From: Tubulanus polymorphus | Taxonomy: Eukaryota > Animalia > Nemertea | DNA length: 64,000 nt | Assembly (NCBI RefSeq): GCF_964204645.1 | Contig: NC_134035.1 | Location: forward strand, 13,762,686-13,826,685 | Reading direction: 5' to 3' | Shown here: in pieces, positions 49,401 to 64,000 of the stretch | Numbering within the stretch: the first letter of the stretch is position 1 | Layout of the letters: every line of letters begins with the position of its first letter | The notes under the pieces: model-generated | What the model was told of the DNA's origin: nothing | Database searches by the model: none | Seen by the model: the letters and a program-made list of their open reading frames with translations, nothing else | Program-made: the position numbers and the translations under genes

Positions 49401-51348
49401 GCCCTGATGAGAATATACTTGTCCCAGGCAATCGGACAAGTGCTTAGATCGGACCCTGAATCCTACCACCACCCCTACATCCCTCCCGCCCTCCCTCACC
49501 CCTTCCCTCCCGTCCTCCCTCACCCCTTCCCTCCCGCCCTCCCTCACCCCTTCCCTCCCACCCTCCCTCTACCCCTTCCCTCCCCCGAACCCTACCCACC
49601 CCCCCAAACCCCATGGTTAGGTGAGTTGAATGTTCTGATGTTTTAGTTAGACGGAAGGGAATCTAATGAAGATGAGAGAACATTAAATCACTGTTCAATC
49701 ACAGGATGAAGTAATGCAGTGATCTGTACTCTGTATCTGTACACAATGTTACATGTATCTGTAACTGTACAATCAGTATGAAATAAGTACAGCAGTTTAA
49801 TGTATAGAAATTCGAACTCTTAAGATACACATGATCTGATTATTACGAAGGAACATGATTGATAACTAGTTGTATTATTGACATCAGGAACCAGTTTCAT
49901 ATTGATTAGAAATAACATTTGAGTTGACCACAATTTAGAAAACCTGTAAACCCGCTTACAGAAATAACAATCCCAACCATGAACTGATTATAGCCAAATA
50001 TTCACCGATATAATGAAATTTGAAATGATTGAATAAATGCAACAGGTTTTTGTGATTTCATTTCAAAACATGGTTTATAACAAACAATATAAAACTGGTC
50101 CCTTTAAAATCAATTCAACAACCGATGATGAATAAAGGTAAATGTAACTTATCTTGAATTTCCACATTTAGTGATTCCCGATGTCCGGTGCTGAATCAAA
50201 AAAGTCTGATAGTAAAACACTGAGTCCTTGTTATCCTTTGCTGAATCCAAGAGTGATTCCCGATGTCCTGTGCTGAATCCAAGAGTGATTCCCGATGTCC
50301 TGTGCTGAATCCCAGAGTGATTACTGATGTCCTGTGCTGAATCCAAGAATGATTCCGGATGTCCGGTGTCGAATCAAAAAAGTCTGATAGTAAAACACTG
50401 AGTCCTTGTTATCCTGTGCTGAATCCAAGAGTGATTACTGATGTCCTGTGCTGAATCCAAGAGTGATTCCCGATGTCCTGTGCTGAATCCCAGAGTGATT
50501 ACTGATGTCCTGTGCTGAATCCAAGAGTGATTCCCGATGTCCTGTGCTGAATCCCAGAGTGATTACTGATGTCCTGTGCTGAATCCAAGAGTGATTCCCG
50601 ATGTCCTGTGCTGAATCCAAAAACAGAAAGTATCAAAATGATACAGAAATGAAAAAATAGAATGAATTCAAACCAGGCACCAAAACTAATTCACAATTTG
50701 AAGAATCATTCTACAGCGAGGTGAACCCCATCTAGAAATATTGGGGGGGGGAAGGCGATACATCGGCTCTCAGGGCCCCCTATTCTAAATTCCTGGATCC
50801 ACCCATGGTCATTCAATCCATCACTGTTCCTTCTCAAGCTGCTTTTCTTTTGTCACGCTTGACTAACCGCGACCACGATGTGCACCTTTGTGCCTCTGAA
50901 ATATGGTTACCCACAATATCTGAGATGGAATATTTTTCGCCATTTAAACCAATGTTACAAACACTTACCGAATATTAAAATACTGATTTCAGGGGTCGGG
51001 AAGGAGGGTGGCAATGTTGTAATAAGGTGAGGTTTTTGCTTAATTTCGTGTTATGGTAAAGCACGCCATTTTGATAATACGTCATAGTGTACCTCGGATT
51101 GGGATTCCCGCGAATGTCAAAATGTACAATGTTGGTATCGAGTTTCAATCGAGAGGTCGAATCCCGATATAGGGAGATTCTCAACAGCAGCGGCTATAGC
51201 CACACTCTCTGTACAATTTTCGATTAGATTGGGTTTTATATTCTACGCAATATTCCAAAGAATTTATTCTTGACCACGCTCCGGCGCCGGAGTCGAGTAG
51301 TTCTCTGTCAGCTTGCTTTGATCAGGCTGGGAAAATGTATTCATAGTG

Positions 51349-54300
51349 TCTAGTCAGTTCTGCCAAAATCCAATAGATGGCGATCGTAGCATCATTATCA
51401 AACTTAGTGGACGTCCCGGGTTCGAACCCAGTAATTACTGACACTGATTCAGAGTGGTCCTGATGCTGAGTAGAGAATGTACAGGGGTGTCCCCGGTTCG
51501 AACCGGGTTCAGAGTGGTCCTGATGCTGAATAGCACGGGTGACGGACAGCCTGGGCCACTAAAAGTTTTCCGGCGTGAACTTTCGGGCCCGGCCCTCGCT
51601 GTGGGACCCACGCCGGGAGATCATGATCCGATAGAAAATAAATTATGCAGTATACCAGGGAAGTGTGATGTCATCACACTTCCCTGAGTATACAAAGGAT
51701 CTGTTAGTATTTGTTTTTACTGCACGCGCGGCCCGCCCTATATCAGGAACTCATCCGCCACACCCGTTCAGCCCGTATATAATCAAAACCCAGTGCAAGG
51801 GCTCCTCGGGGGGTCTTTGACCCCAAAATATCTATTAAAAAACTATTAGAAAATCATTCAGTAGAATACTAAAAGGTCAAAATCTCTGTAACTTTCGGAG
51901 AAGATAGAACACTATTCATGGGCTACGCCGAGTCCGGTTACCTGCTGTTGCTCGGTCCCAAGGCTTCTTGGGGATCGCCCCCAAACACCGTCAAAAATAT
52001 TGTTTAAGAATTGATAAATAAAATACGAAACGGTCATCAATGTGTCTGAAACGTTCAGGGAAGATAGACCTAGTCAAACAAGTGAATGAGTAATTGTTTC
52101 TGTAGTGTGTAATGGTATCATTCACAAACGAAAGTTACAGGCCGCTAACCATCTCGTGCCCCTGGGGAATAGCCATCTCGTGCCCCTGGGGAATAGCCAT
52201 CTCGTGCCCCTGGGGAATAGCCATGTCGTGCCCCTGGGGATCTTGTTGTTTATTATTTGTGAAGGTTTCGCTCGAAAACTATAACAAACACACAGAATAC
52301 TCAATCAACACGAAAGGAAATATCTTTATTGAAAAAAATGTACAGAAATATACAAAAATAATGAACTCAACTTTTCCCAGCAGCAATAAAAAGAGACCCT
52401 AACCCTCGGTCCAGTAAAACCCTACCCTAAGCCCGGCTGAGACTCGAACTCAGGACTCGCACGTGCAAACCTAGAATGTCTACCACTAGACCATAGAATT
52501 CTGATCATTATTATGGTCTGTCTAAGTACGTTGACTGCGTTTATAAAAACAGGCCAACACTAGGGTTACTGCGTTTATTCAGCAGGCAAGTACTAGGGTT
52601 TCTGCGTTTATTTAAACAGGCCAACACTAGGGTTTCTGCGTTTATTTAAACAGGCCAACATTAGGGTTTCTGCGTTTATTTAAGCAGGCCAACACTAGGG
52701 TTACGGCGTTTATTTGAGTAGGCCAACACTAGGGTAACTAAAATCTCGTAATTGCCATAAAGTTAATCTCAAAATATGCCGATGTTTATTTCAATAGTCC
52801 TCGCATGCCAGGGTAAGAACCAATGAATCCTCGCATGCCAGGGTAAGAATCAATGAATCCTCGCATGCCAGGGTAAGAATCAATGAATCCTCGCATGCCA
52901 GGGTAAGAATCAATGAATCCTCGCATGCCAGGGTAAGAATAATAACTGTACATGCCAGGGTAAGAATAAATGAATGGCACCTCGCGTGAGCAAGTTTATG
53001 TACCGAACACCGGGTCGCAGTTTCACAGAAACGATCAATATTTTGACAACTGGGCCCAAGTCCCATAAAAGGACAAGTAGATTAATTTAATTTCTTCATT
53101 CAGTCAGTTTTTTCATTGCAGTTAATCGTATATGTGAAACTGTACCCGTGGTAGGATTTGGTTTATGATGCGAGGGTTTCAATCAGATTTAGATGCTACA
53201 GTTTAACACACTAAATAGCGAGTACGGTATTTAATACCGTAGAGTCCAGTTTCACGAAGAAAGGATGAATCAACTTCAAGTGCAATTCAACAATTCAATG
53301 CCGAAAGGACCCTTGGCTAAATTTCATAAAATTTAACTTTGATTCAGACTTTTTTCAAAATAAAACATTTTTGAACGCAATTGGTTTGTGAAACTGGACC
53401 CACCAGGGCTCAGTTTCTTAAAAGACTTTACTCAAAGATATTTATTCATTGAGGTGGTAAACTCGAATTGAGCAAAGTTTTTTGAGTAAATAATTTCTAT
53501 GAAACTGAACCCGTGGGATTTACGTGTGACGCACTGAGTGTGTGAAACTGCTGGCGTCTGTAATCATAACTATAACAACACAGAAAATCTTTATTTCAAA
53601 TAAAACAGTAACATAGTCCCATAATAAAGAAAACCTGTTGATATTTCAACTACTTGGTTTCATTGATCGTGAGACTTAACAAAATATGTCCATTTAACAA
53701 AATATGTCCATTTACAATATTACATAAGTTTATACATTTACAAATTCAAGTTTTTGGTTTCATTGATTGTGGGACTTAAAATATGTCCATTTACATGATA
53801 CAAATCTAATACAAAACCAGACTAATGAAACCGGGTCCCGAGGTACAAATAATTACAAACTAATGCAGTTACATGGAGTGCGTAAATAATCTCATGCCCT
53901 TGATCCATCTCAGAAAGCCCATCATTAGGGTTTTCTCTCAATTGGCGAGGCAGAAAACCCGTTATCGCTGCTTTGCAACTATATTGAATCTAAAATTAAA
54001 TCAATCAATTTTAAGTAAAAATTAAAACCCACTTAACACAAATTTAAAAGGATTTGAAGACACAACATTTATGAGTCTCTCTAGAGACCATCGTAAAGTC
54101 TGAAGAAATAACTAAAACAGGAAAAATTGAGAGGGAAAAACAAGTTAATTGAGAAAAGTAAAGCTAGAGGTTGTTAAGTGTTTAGGTCGAGAGGTTTTGT
54201 TATTTTGTGCATAGGTTGTTCTAGTTATTTCTTCATCTACTTTAATTATTTTGATTTTGATTCTTGATAAATAAATTACGCGTTTAATCTTTTAAATTTG

Positions 54301-57300
54301 CATAAAGCGGGGTTTAAATCCTATATTCTATGCCCGAGTCAGGCTATTTATCAGCAAAAATTACATTACAGCTTTGAGAGACGAATCAGGGGATGACTCT
54401 ATTGTTTTTATGGATATGTGATACGCAGTCCATGAAACCATCACAAACAGAACAACAGTCGCCTGCCTGTGCCGACCAACACAATATAGACCCAGTAATA
54501 TATTTGACTTTAAACATTAAAATTGCAGATCTCGAAATTAAGTGGCAGCAAATCAATCTGCAGGTAGATGGCTGATCGCTGTCCTTGTCCAATGGAATCC
54601 ATCTCGTCCTAGAATAGAAAGAAAACCTGCGTCTGCAGATATAACATTAACAATGTTTGATTGAATTGAAAGTCAAGTTGGAATTGAAAGTTGATCAAAT
54701 ATCGAATAATGGTGTTGAATTATCTAGAACTATAACTCCGTTATCATGAAATAATTTCGGAAACTAATTCCCACCTTGACTATTTAATATTTGATCAACT
54801 TTCAAACTGTTCTATTGGACAAATTCCATGCTGCAAAAAAACATCCCAGCGACAAAACAAAATTACATCACATAAGAGCAAAACTCACCATTTCCGAACT
54901 CATATCGGATTAGTTCAGTGCCATTTTGACCATGCAGACAATTTCCATTTCTAGCAGGATTTCGCTTCCAAGATTCATAATGTCAAGAGCACTGATGATT
55001 TCCTGAAAAATAGATTTACAAATAATTGAACCATTTAGTTTTATAACAAGCGAGAACCAGGTTGATTCATGTAGACTGTATTACTTAGTTTATTCTTAAA
55101 GAAATAACAGCAGCTTCAGCAACTAGAGTTTCTTTACACTTCGAAGGTGAATGAATATCTTTAATTTCTTACCGAGCTAAAGGCTGCGTCCTCTAGTAAA
55201 GCAATGAGATACCTGCCGACATCGACCGATCAAACACATATCTCCAAATCAAACCCGGAAAAATACATCTGCTAAAATCGATCAGAAATAATAAATAAAG
55301 TTTATAACTGATAAATCACCACTAATTACTGCGATAAATCAATATAAAACTCACCACTTCTGATTTATGTTTGATTCTAAGAGTGCAATGTTGACTGTAA
55401 GTTCAGCTTCATTTTGGCTCCTAAAATACAAAAGTTGTATAATTTTGACTTGAAAGTTTGAACTCGGAGCAGGATAGAAGTGATTGAAAATTCACCTTAA
55501 CTGATTTATTTAGTTCCATGAGATATTTACCGGTAATTGTTTGGTTAAGTGAATTCCTAATGTTCACAGATTCTGTCAAGGGTTTCGCTTATTTCAGCTC
55601 CTAAAAACAAATGTATTAATGTTACAAATTGTCAGTTAAATTGTTATGAAATAAGAGCAGTTTTATATTAAAACTCACGGCTTTCGTTTCACTTGTTTGC
55701 AGAATTGTCAGGCTGCGCGTGAGGAGTGTCAGGCTGCGTGTGAGGAGTGTCAGGCTGCGTGTGAGGAGTGTCAGGCTGCATGTGAGGAGTGTCAGGCTGC
55801 GTGTGAGGAGGATCTAGCAATATGTTTGAGGCGACCTGTGAATGAGGTTTTATGAGTTGTAAATTCTGGTGCTGTGTGGATTTCATTCTGTAAAGAGAAA
55901 ACTGATTAGTGAAATAAAGAGACGTCACATGTATGTGTGGCTGTTATTCTGAAAATTACTATTTTTCTTACTTGTTTTGACTATCGTAGTACTTTTTCCT
56001 CAATAATTTCCAGTAGATTTGATAAGGATGCAGCAGCAACATCAGCAACAGCAACAGCAACAGCAACATCAGCAACAGCAACATCAGCAGCAGCAACAGC
56101 AACAGCAGCATTTCTTACAAAACTTTCTGGAGAATCACACATAAAAATACAGTACAGAATAATAAATTGTTCGAATATGATCAAATTAGAGCAGAGTTGA
56201 GTGATGAAAAACTCACCACTTCCAAAATCATATCGGATTAATTCAGTGCCATTTTGACCATGCGGACAATTTCCATTTCTAGCAGGATTTCACTTCCAAA
56301 AGTCATAATGTAATTAAGTCAAGAGCACTGATGATTTTCTGAAAGAATAAATTTACGAATAATTGAACCGTTAAGTTTTATAACAAGCGAGTCAAGAGGG
56401 AATTGTTTTCATGAAATATTTGTGATAGTTACCTTAAAGTTCCAAATAATTCAACACAATCATTCAATCTTTGATCAACTTTCAAACTGCCTAAAAAATA
56501 CAAATAATTGAACAATACAGTTTTATAACAAGCGAGAACCAAGTTGAATTATGTAGAGAAAATTACTTACAACTAGAGCTTCTTCACTCTTTGAAGGTGA
56601 ATATTTCAATTTATCCTGCTGCAATTAGTGTTTAATGCCTCGGTTTCTGAAAGAGAAAATTATGCCAGAAAATCATTAGTGAAATGAATAAGAAACTGCA
56701 ACTTGTTTGTCTTCGATTGACAGAAAACCTACCAGGTTTTTGAGTAGTTAATCACAATGTGTCGAGTATATGCAGATTTCTAAGAGGTTTGATGGTAGCT
56801 TTAGACTGCGTCCTCTAGTGAGTTGATACCTGTCGACATTGATCAATCAAAAACACTTCATTTTCCGCACTTGATTTAAAGATAAATCTCCTGAAATAAG
56901 ACAATATAGTTTATAACTGATAAAGCACCACAAATTACAGCAATAAATCAATATAAAACTCACCACTTCTGACTTGTGTTTGTAGAGCGCAATGTTTACT
57001 GCAAGTTCAGCTTTATCTTAGACCCTAGAATACAAAAGTTGTATAATTTTGATGATTCGAACTTTGACCAGAATAGAAGTGATTGAAAATTCGCCTTCAC
57101 TGATTAATGTAGCTTCTAATCAGGAAATGAGTTTATAAATGTACAGTCAAACAGAGACTAGAATCTGTAGAGATATTTACCGGTACCGTATTGGTTTTGA
57201 GGATCTAAAGCGATGTCCATCTTAAACAAATGTGAAGTGAATTCCCATTGTTTACTGTTCACAGATTCTATCAAGGGTTCCAGTTATTTCAGCTCCTAAA

Positions 57301-60300
57301 TACAAATTTTAGAAATTGTCAGTGAAGCTGTTATGAAATAAGAGCAGTTTCAAACTAAATCAAAACTCACCATTTTCGTCAATGTTTTTAAGCCAGCGGT
57401 ATTTGAGGTTGACTGCATTGGGCGCCAAAACCTCCATTGGTCTGTTCACTGAAAATATGTATGGAAAACATAAAGATCTTGATAATTTCCAGTTTTGATC
57501 AGGAAATAAATACATTTCAACAATTGAAAACTCACTTCAAACTAAGCCGTGATCTTTGAGTGATTGAATGCTGGAAACATGAACAGATAGAATAATTTAT
57601 ATAGAACAGTTCTCTAAAAATAATGAATTTCCAGGTTTTACCTACTGCTGTTGTTGCAGCTGGTGGTGGTGGTGGTGGTGCTGCTGTCGTTCCTGGTGCT
57701 GCTGCTGTTGTTGCTGGTTGTGCTGCTGCTGGTACTGCTGGTGAGTTAAGTAGCTGCAGCTGCTGTGTGTGTCTCATCCTGTAAATGAGAGTAAAACATT
57801 AGCTGTTAGTTCAAAAGTGATTCAAAATATCAACAGAGACTGTGAAGAATTCTGTGGAGAAATTCATTACCAGTTTTGTACTTACCTTTAAATGAGCCTG
57901 TTTAAATAGTAAATTCTATTGCATTCATTTCATTCTGAAAAGAAAAAGAAACAATAATCAGTGACAATAGAGCAGAATGTAACATCTCAAATTATCAATC
58001 AATCAGACAGAAACAGTACAGGATTTCTGTGGATTAAACTGCTGTACTTATTTCATACTGATTGAACAGTTACAGATACATGTAACATTGTGTACAGATA
58101 CTGAGATACAGATCACTGCATTACTTCATTCTGTGATTGAACAGTGATTTAATGTTCTCTTATCTTCATTTGATTCCCATCCGTCTAACTAAACCATCAG
58201 AACATTTTAACTCATCTAACCTCCCGACCCGACCCTTCCAGACCCCATCCCTCCCGCCCTCCCGGACCCCTTCCCTCCCGCCCGCCCTCACCCCTTCCCT
58301 CCCCCCTCCCTCACCCCTTCCCTCCCGCCCGCCCTCACCCCTTCCCTCCCGCCCTCCCTCACCCCTTCCCTCCCGCCCTCCCTCAATGCCCTCCCATCCC
58401 AAATGCCCTCCCACCCTCAATGCCCTCCCACCTAGCCCTCCCTCAATACCCTCCCACCTAGCCCTCCCATCATGCCTCCTGTCTCCTCTTCAGACTCCAC
58501 TCATCTGTACAATAACTACAATACGATTTGCCATTTTTCATGATCATATCAATTTCATATCAAACCAAACCTGAGGATTTAACTATAATGTTGTAAGGGA
58601 GGGGGAGGTATACGGAGGGTTCACCCGAACCAAGGAAATAAACCCGCACCAAACCTCCACACTCACAAAATGTTGTGAGAAGGGCAAACACAAACCAAGG
58701 ACAAGAATGATGTGGGATCAAAACAATTAATGCTATTTATGTTGCTTCACTAATTCAACGTCGTCTCAGTAGATGAGATATTTCTATACTCTGTACAACA
58801 GGTTGTAAAAAGTTGTTTTATGGAATCTTATTCATAAGATTTATTAATCAATGTTTATAAACTGCTGGTGCAAAATATATTCGTCATAAATAATCTGTTT
58901 GATTGTCTTTTCAAGTTAACACTTAAACCCAGTGGAACAAATCAAACTCCAGCCATTTTTCCGCCATTTTTCGTTTTTACTCTTTTCTTTGACTTGAGTC
59001 GAGGTAGGAATAGACCCCTGCCCACTCGCTAAGCGTGCAGGGCACTAAACCTTCGAATTGCTCTCGGACCCCACTCTTTATATTTTATTTTCATTTTTTT
59101 TGAGTCGAGGTAGGGATAGATCCCTGCCCGCCCTCTAAGCGAGCAGGACACTAAACCTTCGAATTGCTCTTGGACCCCACTCTTTATATCAGCATTTCAT
59201 GCTGTTTTATTTCATTCACGCGTTCGCTTTATATTTTTTCTTTTCATATGGCTTTTCCTTATTTTGTCGTCTCACTAGAACTCTCATCAGTTCCGACTGG
59301 GATCAAGTTTAATCTTTTAGAGACAAACAGCAAAAGTTTGCGTTAGTTGCACCAGCAGCAGCAGCAGCAGCAGCACCAGCAGCAGCAGCAGCACCAGCAC
59401 CAGCAGCAGTAGCACTGATACAGATGAATCTTTCATTAACTACGTCATTAGTTCCACATAAATCATTTCATTCTCAAATACTGAGTCGTGAAGGCAACAG
59501 AAATAACTTGTAAAATCTTTCATTCACGGCCCTGGTTTGGTGACCAAGAGTCAAAGTTTGGTTCATAGCCCAGGTTTGGTGACCTAAGAGTCAAAGTTTG
59601 GTTTATGGCCCTTGTTTGGTGACCAAGAGTCAAAATTTGGTTCACAGCCCTGGTTTGGTGACCAAAGAGTCAAAGTTTGGTTCATTGCCCAGGTTTGGAA
59701 ACCAAAGAGTCAAAGTTTGGTTCACAGATCTGTTTTGGTGACCAAAGAGTCAAAGGTTGGTTCATAGCCCAGGTTTGGAAACCAAAGAGTCAAAGTTTGG
59801 TTCACAGATCTGTTTTGGTGACCAAAGAGTCAAAGGTTGGTCATAGCCTAGGTTTGGTGACCAAAGAGTCAAAGTTTGGTTTATGGCCCTGGTTTGGTGA
59901 CCTAAGAGTCAAAGTTTGGTTTATGGCTCTGCTTTGGTGACCAAAGAGTCAAAGTTTGGTTCATGGCCCTGGTTTGGTGACCAAAGAGTCAAAGTTTGGT
60001 TCACAGCCCTGGTTTGGTGACCAAAGAGTAAAAGTTTTGTTCACAGATCTGTTTTGGTGACCAAAGAGTCAAAGTTTGGTTTATGGCCCTGGTTTGGTGA
60101 CCAAAGAGTCAAAGTTTGGTTCATGGCCCTGGTTTGGTGACCAAAGAGTCAAAGTTTGGTTTATGGCCCTTGTTTGGTGACCTAAGAGTCAAAGTTTGGT
60201 TCACAGATCTGTTTTGGAGACCAAAGAGTCAAAGGTTGGTTCATAGCCCAGGTTTGGAAACCAAAGGGTCAAAGTTTGGTTCATAGCCCTGCTTTGTGGT

Positions 60301-63300
60301 GACCAAAGAGTCAAAATTTGGTCCATGGTTCTGATTTGGTGACCACAGAGCGTAGATATAGCTGATGGCCCTCGTTGAAGGTAAGTCAGTTTTATGGCCC
60401 TGGTTTGATAAGCTAAAGTTTGGTTCATGACCGCAGTTATATAAAGGTGGCACTAGAGATGAAATTTCATACGTGAAGCAGAATCAAATTGTCACAGAGA
60501 CCGAACATATGTAACATTAGAAATTGAGCGTTGCATATGTTGAACAGGGGAATTGTAAAAAACACCCATCACTCGTATAAACTCAGGAATTACACACTGA
60601 ATGGGCTCAAAATCTTGTACTAAATCATAAAGTGTGAAATAATTTTGACTTATCTGAGTCTACCGGAAAATGATGCATTGATCGAAGTCTAAAAGCTATA
60701 AACTGACAAATTGATCGAGCGCTGATAATATTTTAAATAACAGCGGAGGATGAAATAACTTTCATAAACTGATAGGATCGTGAAAAATGGCAAAATACAC
60801 TAGATATGTACCCCTCCCCCCTCTTTATCAAAGTCTCATTGTAGTAAGAAGATTGCCGTAGCCTTACTGTGAAAACTGCAACTACATCTGGTTGAATATC
60901 ATTTTTTTTACGGCTTTTAAATTCAGTAAAATATTTCCTGATAGAAGTATAATTAGTTCGCAGCACCTTAAATTCTGTGTAGAATAGAATTATAAGTCAC
61001 AGGTAGAAATAGAATATTATCCTATTCTAATATGAATATAATAATAGAACAATAGTCTCTCCGTGTCAATCTTTGTCCCACCTATAAATTGTAAAGTTTA
61101 TTTCAGAAAATGTGTCCCATCTTTTTGAAAAGGATAACTAATTATTAAGGATATCTATCTATGAATAGTGATATACTGTGCCATGTAAACTGCTGAAGGC
61201 AAATGAAGTGTCTGAAAATCCATAAAAGTGATTACAAAACCTATCACTATTCTAATAAGTTCTATACTCTTCTTCAAAAAATGAAGAGTAGGTCTCTGTC
61301 TAAGAATCTGCAGTAAAAGAGGAAGCAGCAATGAATGTGAACTGCATCTCGACTCTCGTCAACAATTTTGTAAGTCGTCCTATACAGTTCTCAGTATTTA
61401 CAGCCGTTTCTAAAATAGCACAGAAGAAAATACATCTTTCAGCTGGAAATGTATCAGTAAACCGCCAGATATCAACAGTAATTATTACGTATGATTGTTG
61501 TTTCATTCAATTATTAATGAAACCGTGTTTTGATCGGAGCCAAGGAGCAGTTTGTGATCATTCAATACCTAAAATAATCGCCCTAAAAATTGAAAAGTCC
61601 CCGTTCAAAAATCTGGGGGCAATTATCTCATAACGATTGAGAGACGTGACGGTGAAATAACGTGCGCACTCACCGGGGATCAAACCCGGGTCTCACAGAA
61701 ATAACAACTAGTAAAATAGAACGAGTCCAATTGGCCGATGCTTATACAGCTTGTCATGCATAACAACTGAAACATGACATGTTGCAGTCACGTGTTTCAT
61801 AATGATTAATCCTTTCTTAGAATAATAAAAAGATGGGACACATTTTCTGAAATATCCTGAACTTCAAGACTAAAACTAACGTCAACTAAACCTGTACCTA
61901 AAGCCCCACCCTATATCCCTCCCTCTAAAGCAGGGTCCGATCTAAGGAATGAAAGCCACTTGCCCGGGGGCAAGCATATCTGAAATTTTGCCTGCCCCCT
62001 CCAAAATCTACTCGCCCTGATGAGAATATACTTGTCGCGGGTAATTGGACAAGTGATTAGATCGGACCCTCAATCCTACCACCACCCCTACATCCCTCCC
62101 ACCCTCCCGGACCCCTTCCCTCCCCCTTCCCTCCCGCCCTCCCTCTACCCCTTCCCTCCCCCCAACCCTACCCACCCTCCCCAAACCCCATGGTTAGGTG
62201 AGTTGAAATGTTCTGATGTTTTAGTTAGATGGATGGGAATCTAATGAAGATGAGAGAACATTAAATCACTGTTCAATCACAGGATGAAGTAATGCAGTGA
62301 TCTGTACTCTGTATCTGTACACAATGTTACATGTATCTGTAACTGTACAATCAGTATGAAATAAGTACAGCAGTTTAATCTATAGAAATTCTAACTCTTA
62401 AGATACACATGATCTGATTATCACGAAGGAACATGATTGATAACTAGTTGTATTATTGACATCAGGAACCAGTTTCATATTGATTAGAAATAACATTTGA
62501 GTTGATCACAATTTAGAAAACCTGTAAACCCGCTTACAGAAATAACAATCCCAACCATGAACTGATTATAGCCAAATATTCACCAAAAGAAATTTGAAAT
62601 GATTGAATAAATGCAACAGGTTTTTGTGATTTCATTTCAAAACATAGTTTATAACAAACACTATAAAACTGGTCCCTTTAAAATCAATTCAACAACCGAT
62701 GATGAATAGGTAAATGTAACTTATCTTGAATTTCCTAGTGATTCCCGAGTCCTTGTTATCCTGTGCTGAATCCAAGAGTGATTACTGATGTCCTTTGCTG
62801 AATCCAAGAGTGATTACTGATGTCCTGTGCTGAATTCAAGAGTGATTACTGATGTCCTGTGCGAAACCAAAAAAGTCTGATTGTGAAACACTGATTCCTT
62901 GTTGTCCTGTGCAGAATCTAAGAGTGATTCTTGTTTTCCTGTGCTGAATCATAATTCCCGTTGAACATGTTGAAGTGATACCTATAATAGACAAATAAAA
63001 GGTAGTTTTCTATCTTAGAAATAACTGCAGAAATATCAAATATAAAATTCCAGTGGCTTTGGAAGTGCAGCGGCAATAATTTACTGAATGACATTTTTTT
63101 TCTATGAATACCACGTTTGGAAGAAATTAGGCCTAAGTTAATTCGCCGCAACAATATTTAGAACCTGTCCAAAATCGGCATTTGGCCGCAGCAATCAAAA
63201 ATTGCTTCCAACTCGCCTGAATTCAAACTTACAAATTAAATTGTTCGCTCCAATCTGCAGTTCATTCATTCACAGGGTTTTTCTATCCACAGTTTAGGTT

Positions 63301-64000
63301 TTGTATCTAGAGTTGAACATGAAATATAAACAAGAAAGTAATGAAGGAACATGAACAGTTTAAATACTATCCGTTTCTGAAACTGATGGAAAAAACACTT
63401 AAAAGATGAAACAAAACTGACACTGTTTTCACTGTTTGATGTAATCAGTTCTCCAGGTTCGGACGACGATGTCAATTGTTTATAAAATAGTTTTACACAT
63501 CTACAAATGAAAACAGAAAGTATCAAAATGATACAGAAATGAAAAAATAGAATGAATTCAAACCAGGCACCAAAACTAATTCACAATTTGAAGAATCATT
63601 CTACAGCGAGGTGAACCCCATCTAGAAATATTGGGGGGGGGGGGAAGGCGATACATCGGCTCTCAGGGCCCCATATTCTAAATTCCTGGATCCACCCATG
63701 GTCATTCAATCCATCACTGTTCCTTCTCAAGCTGCTTTTTCTTTTGTCACGCTTGACTAACCGCCACCACGATGTGCACCTTTGTGCCTATGAAATATGG
63801 TTACCCACAATATCTGAGATGGAATATTTTTCGCCATTTAAACCAATGTTACAAACACTTACCGAATATTAAAATACTGATTTCAGGGGTCGGGAAGGAG
63901 GGTGGCAATGTTGTAATAAGGTGAGGTTTTTGCTTAATTTCGTGTTATGGTAAAGCACGCCATTTTGATAATACGTCATAGTGTACCTCGGATTGGGATT
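51349..64000. repeat. Large tandem segmental repeat, copy 3 (~12.9 kb, runs off the window end)
   Basis: Position 64000 corresponds to 51106 in copy 2. Confidence 0.95.
53590..58990 (-). ncRNA. Putative spliced non-coding unit, copy 3
   Basis: Homologous exon/intron chain with splice sites retained. Confidence 0.5.

Overview
Eukaryotic (metazoan, probably invertebrate) genomic DNA, AT-rich with many short GT-AG introns. From left to right: (1) the 5' part of a minus-strand gene for an E/R/A-rich charged helical protein, tentatively troponin-I-like, with a nested alternative first exon; (2) a complete 15-exon RUVBL2/reptin gene (minus), head-to-head with (3) a complete 10-exon UMPS gene (plus), about 340 bp ATG to ATG; (4) a block of B-box tandem repeats, palindromic CTCF-motif MITEs and two truncated CR1/L2-type LINEs; (5) three tandem copies of a ~12.7-12.9 kb unit, each holding a multi-exon, internally duplicated, apparently non-coding or decayed transcription unit, ~200-bp inverted repeats and several copy-number-variable minisatellites. 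The most striking signal is in RUVBL2. Two introns are filled by tandem 'echoes' of the neighbouring exon/intron junction: 21 copies of the exon-5 acceptor and 22 copies of the exon-13 donor. Only the exon-proximal site gives an intact protein. All coordinates were derived by eye.
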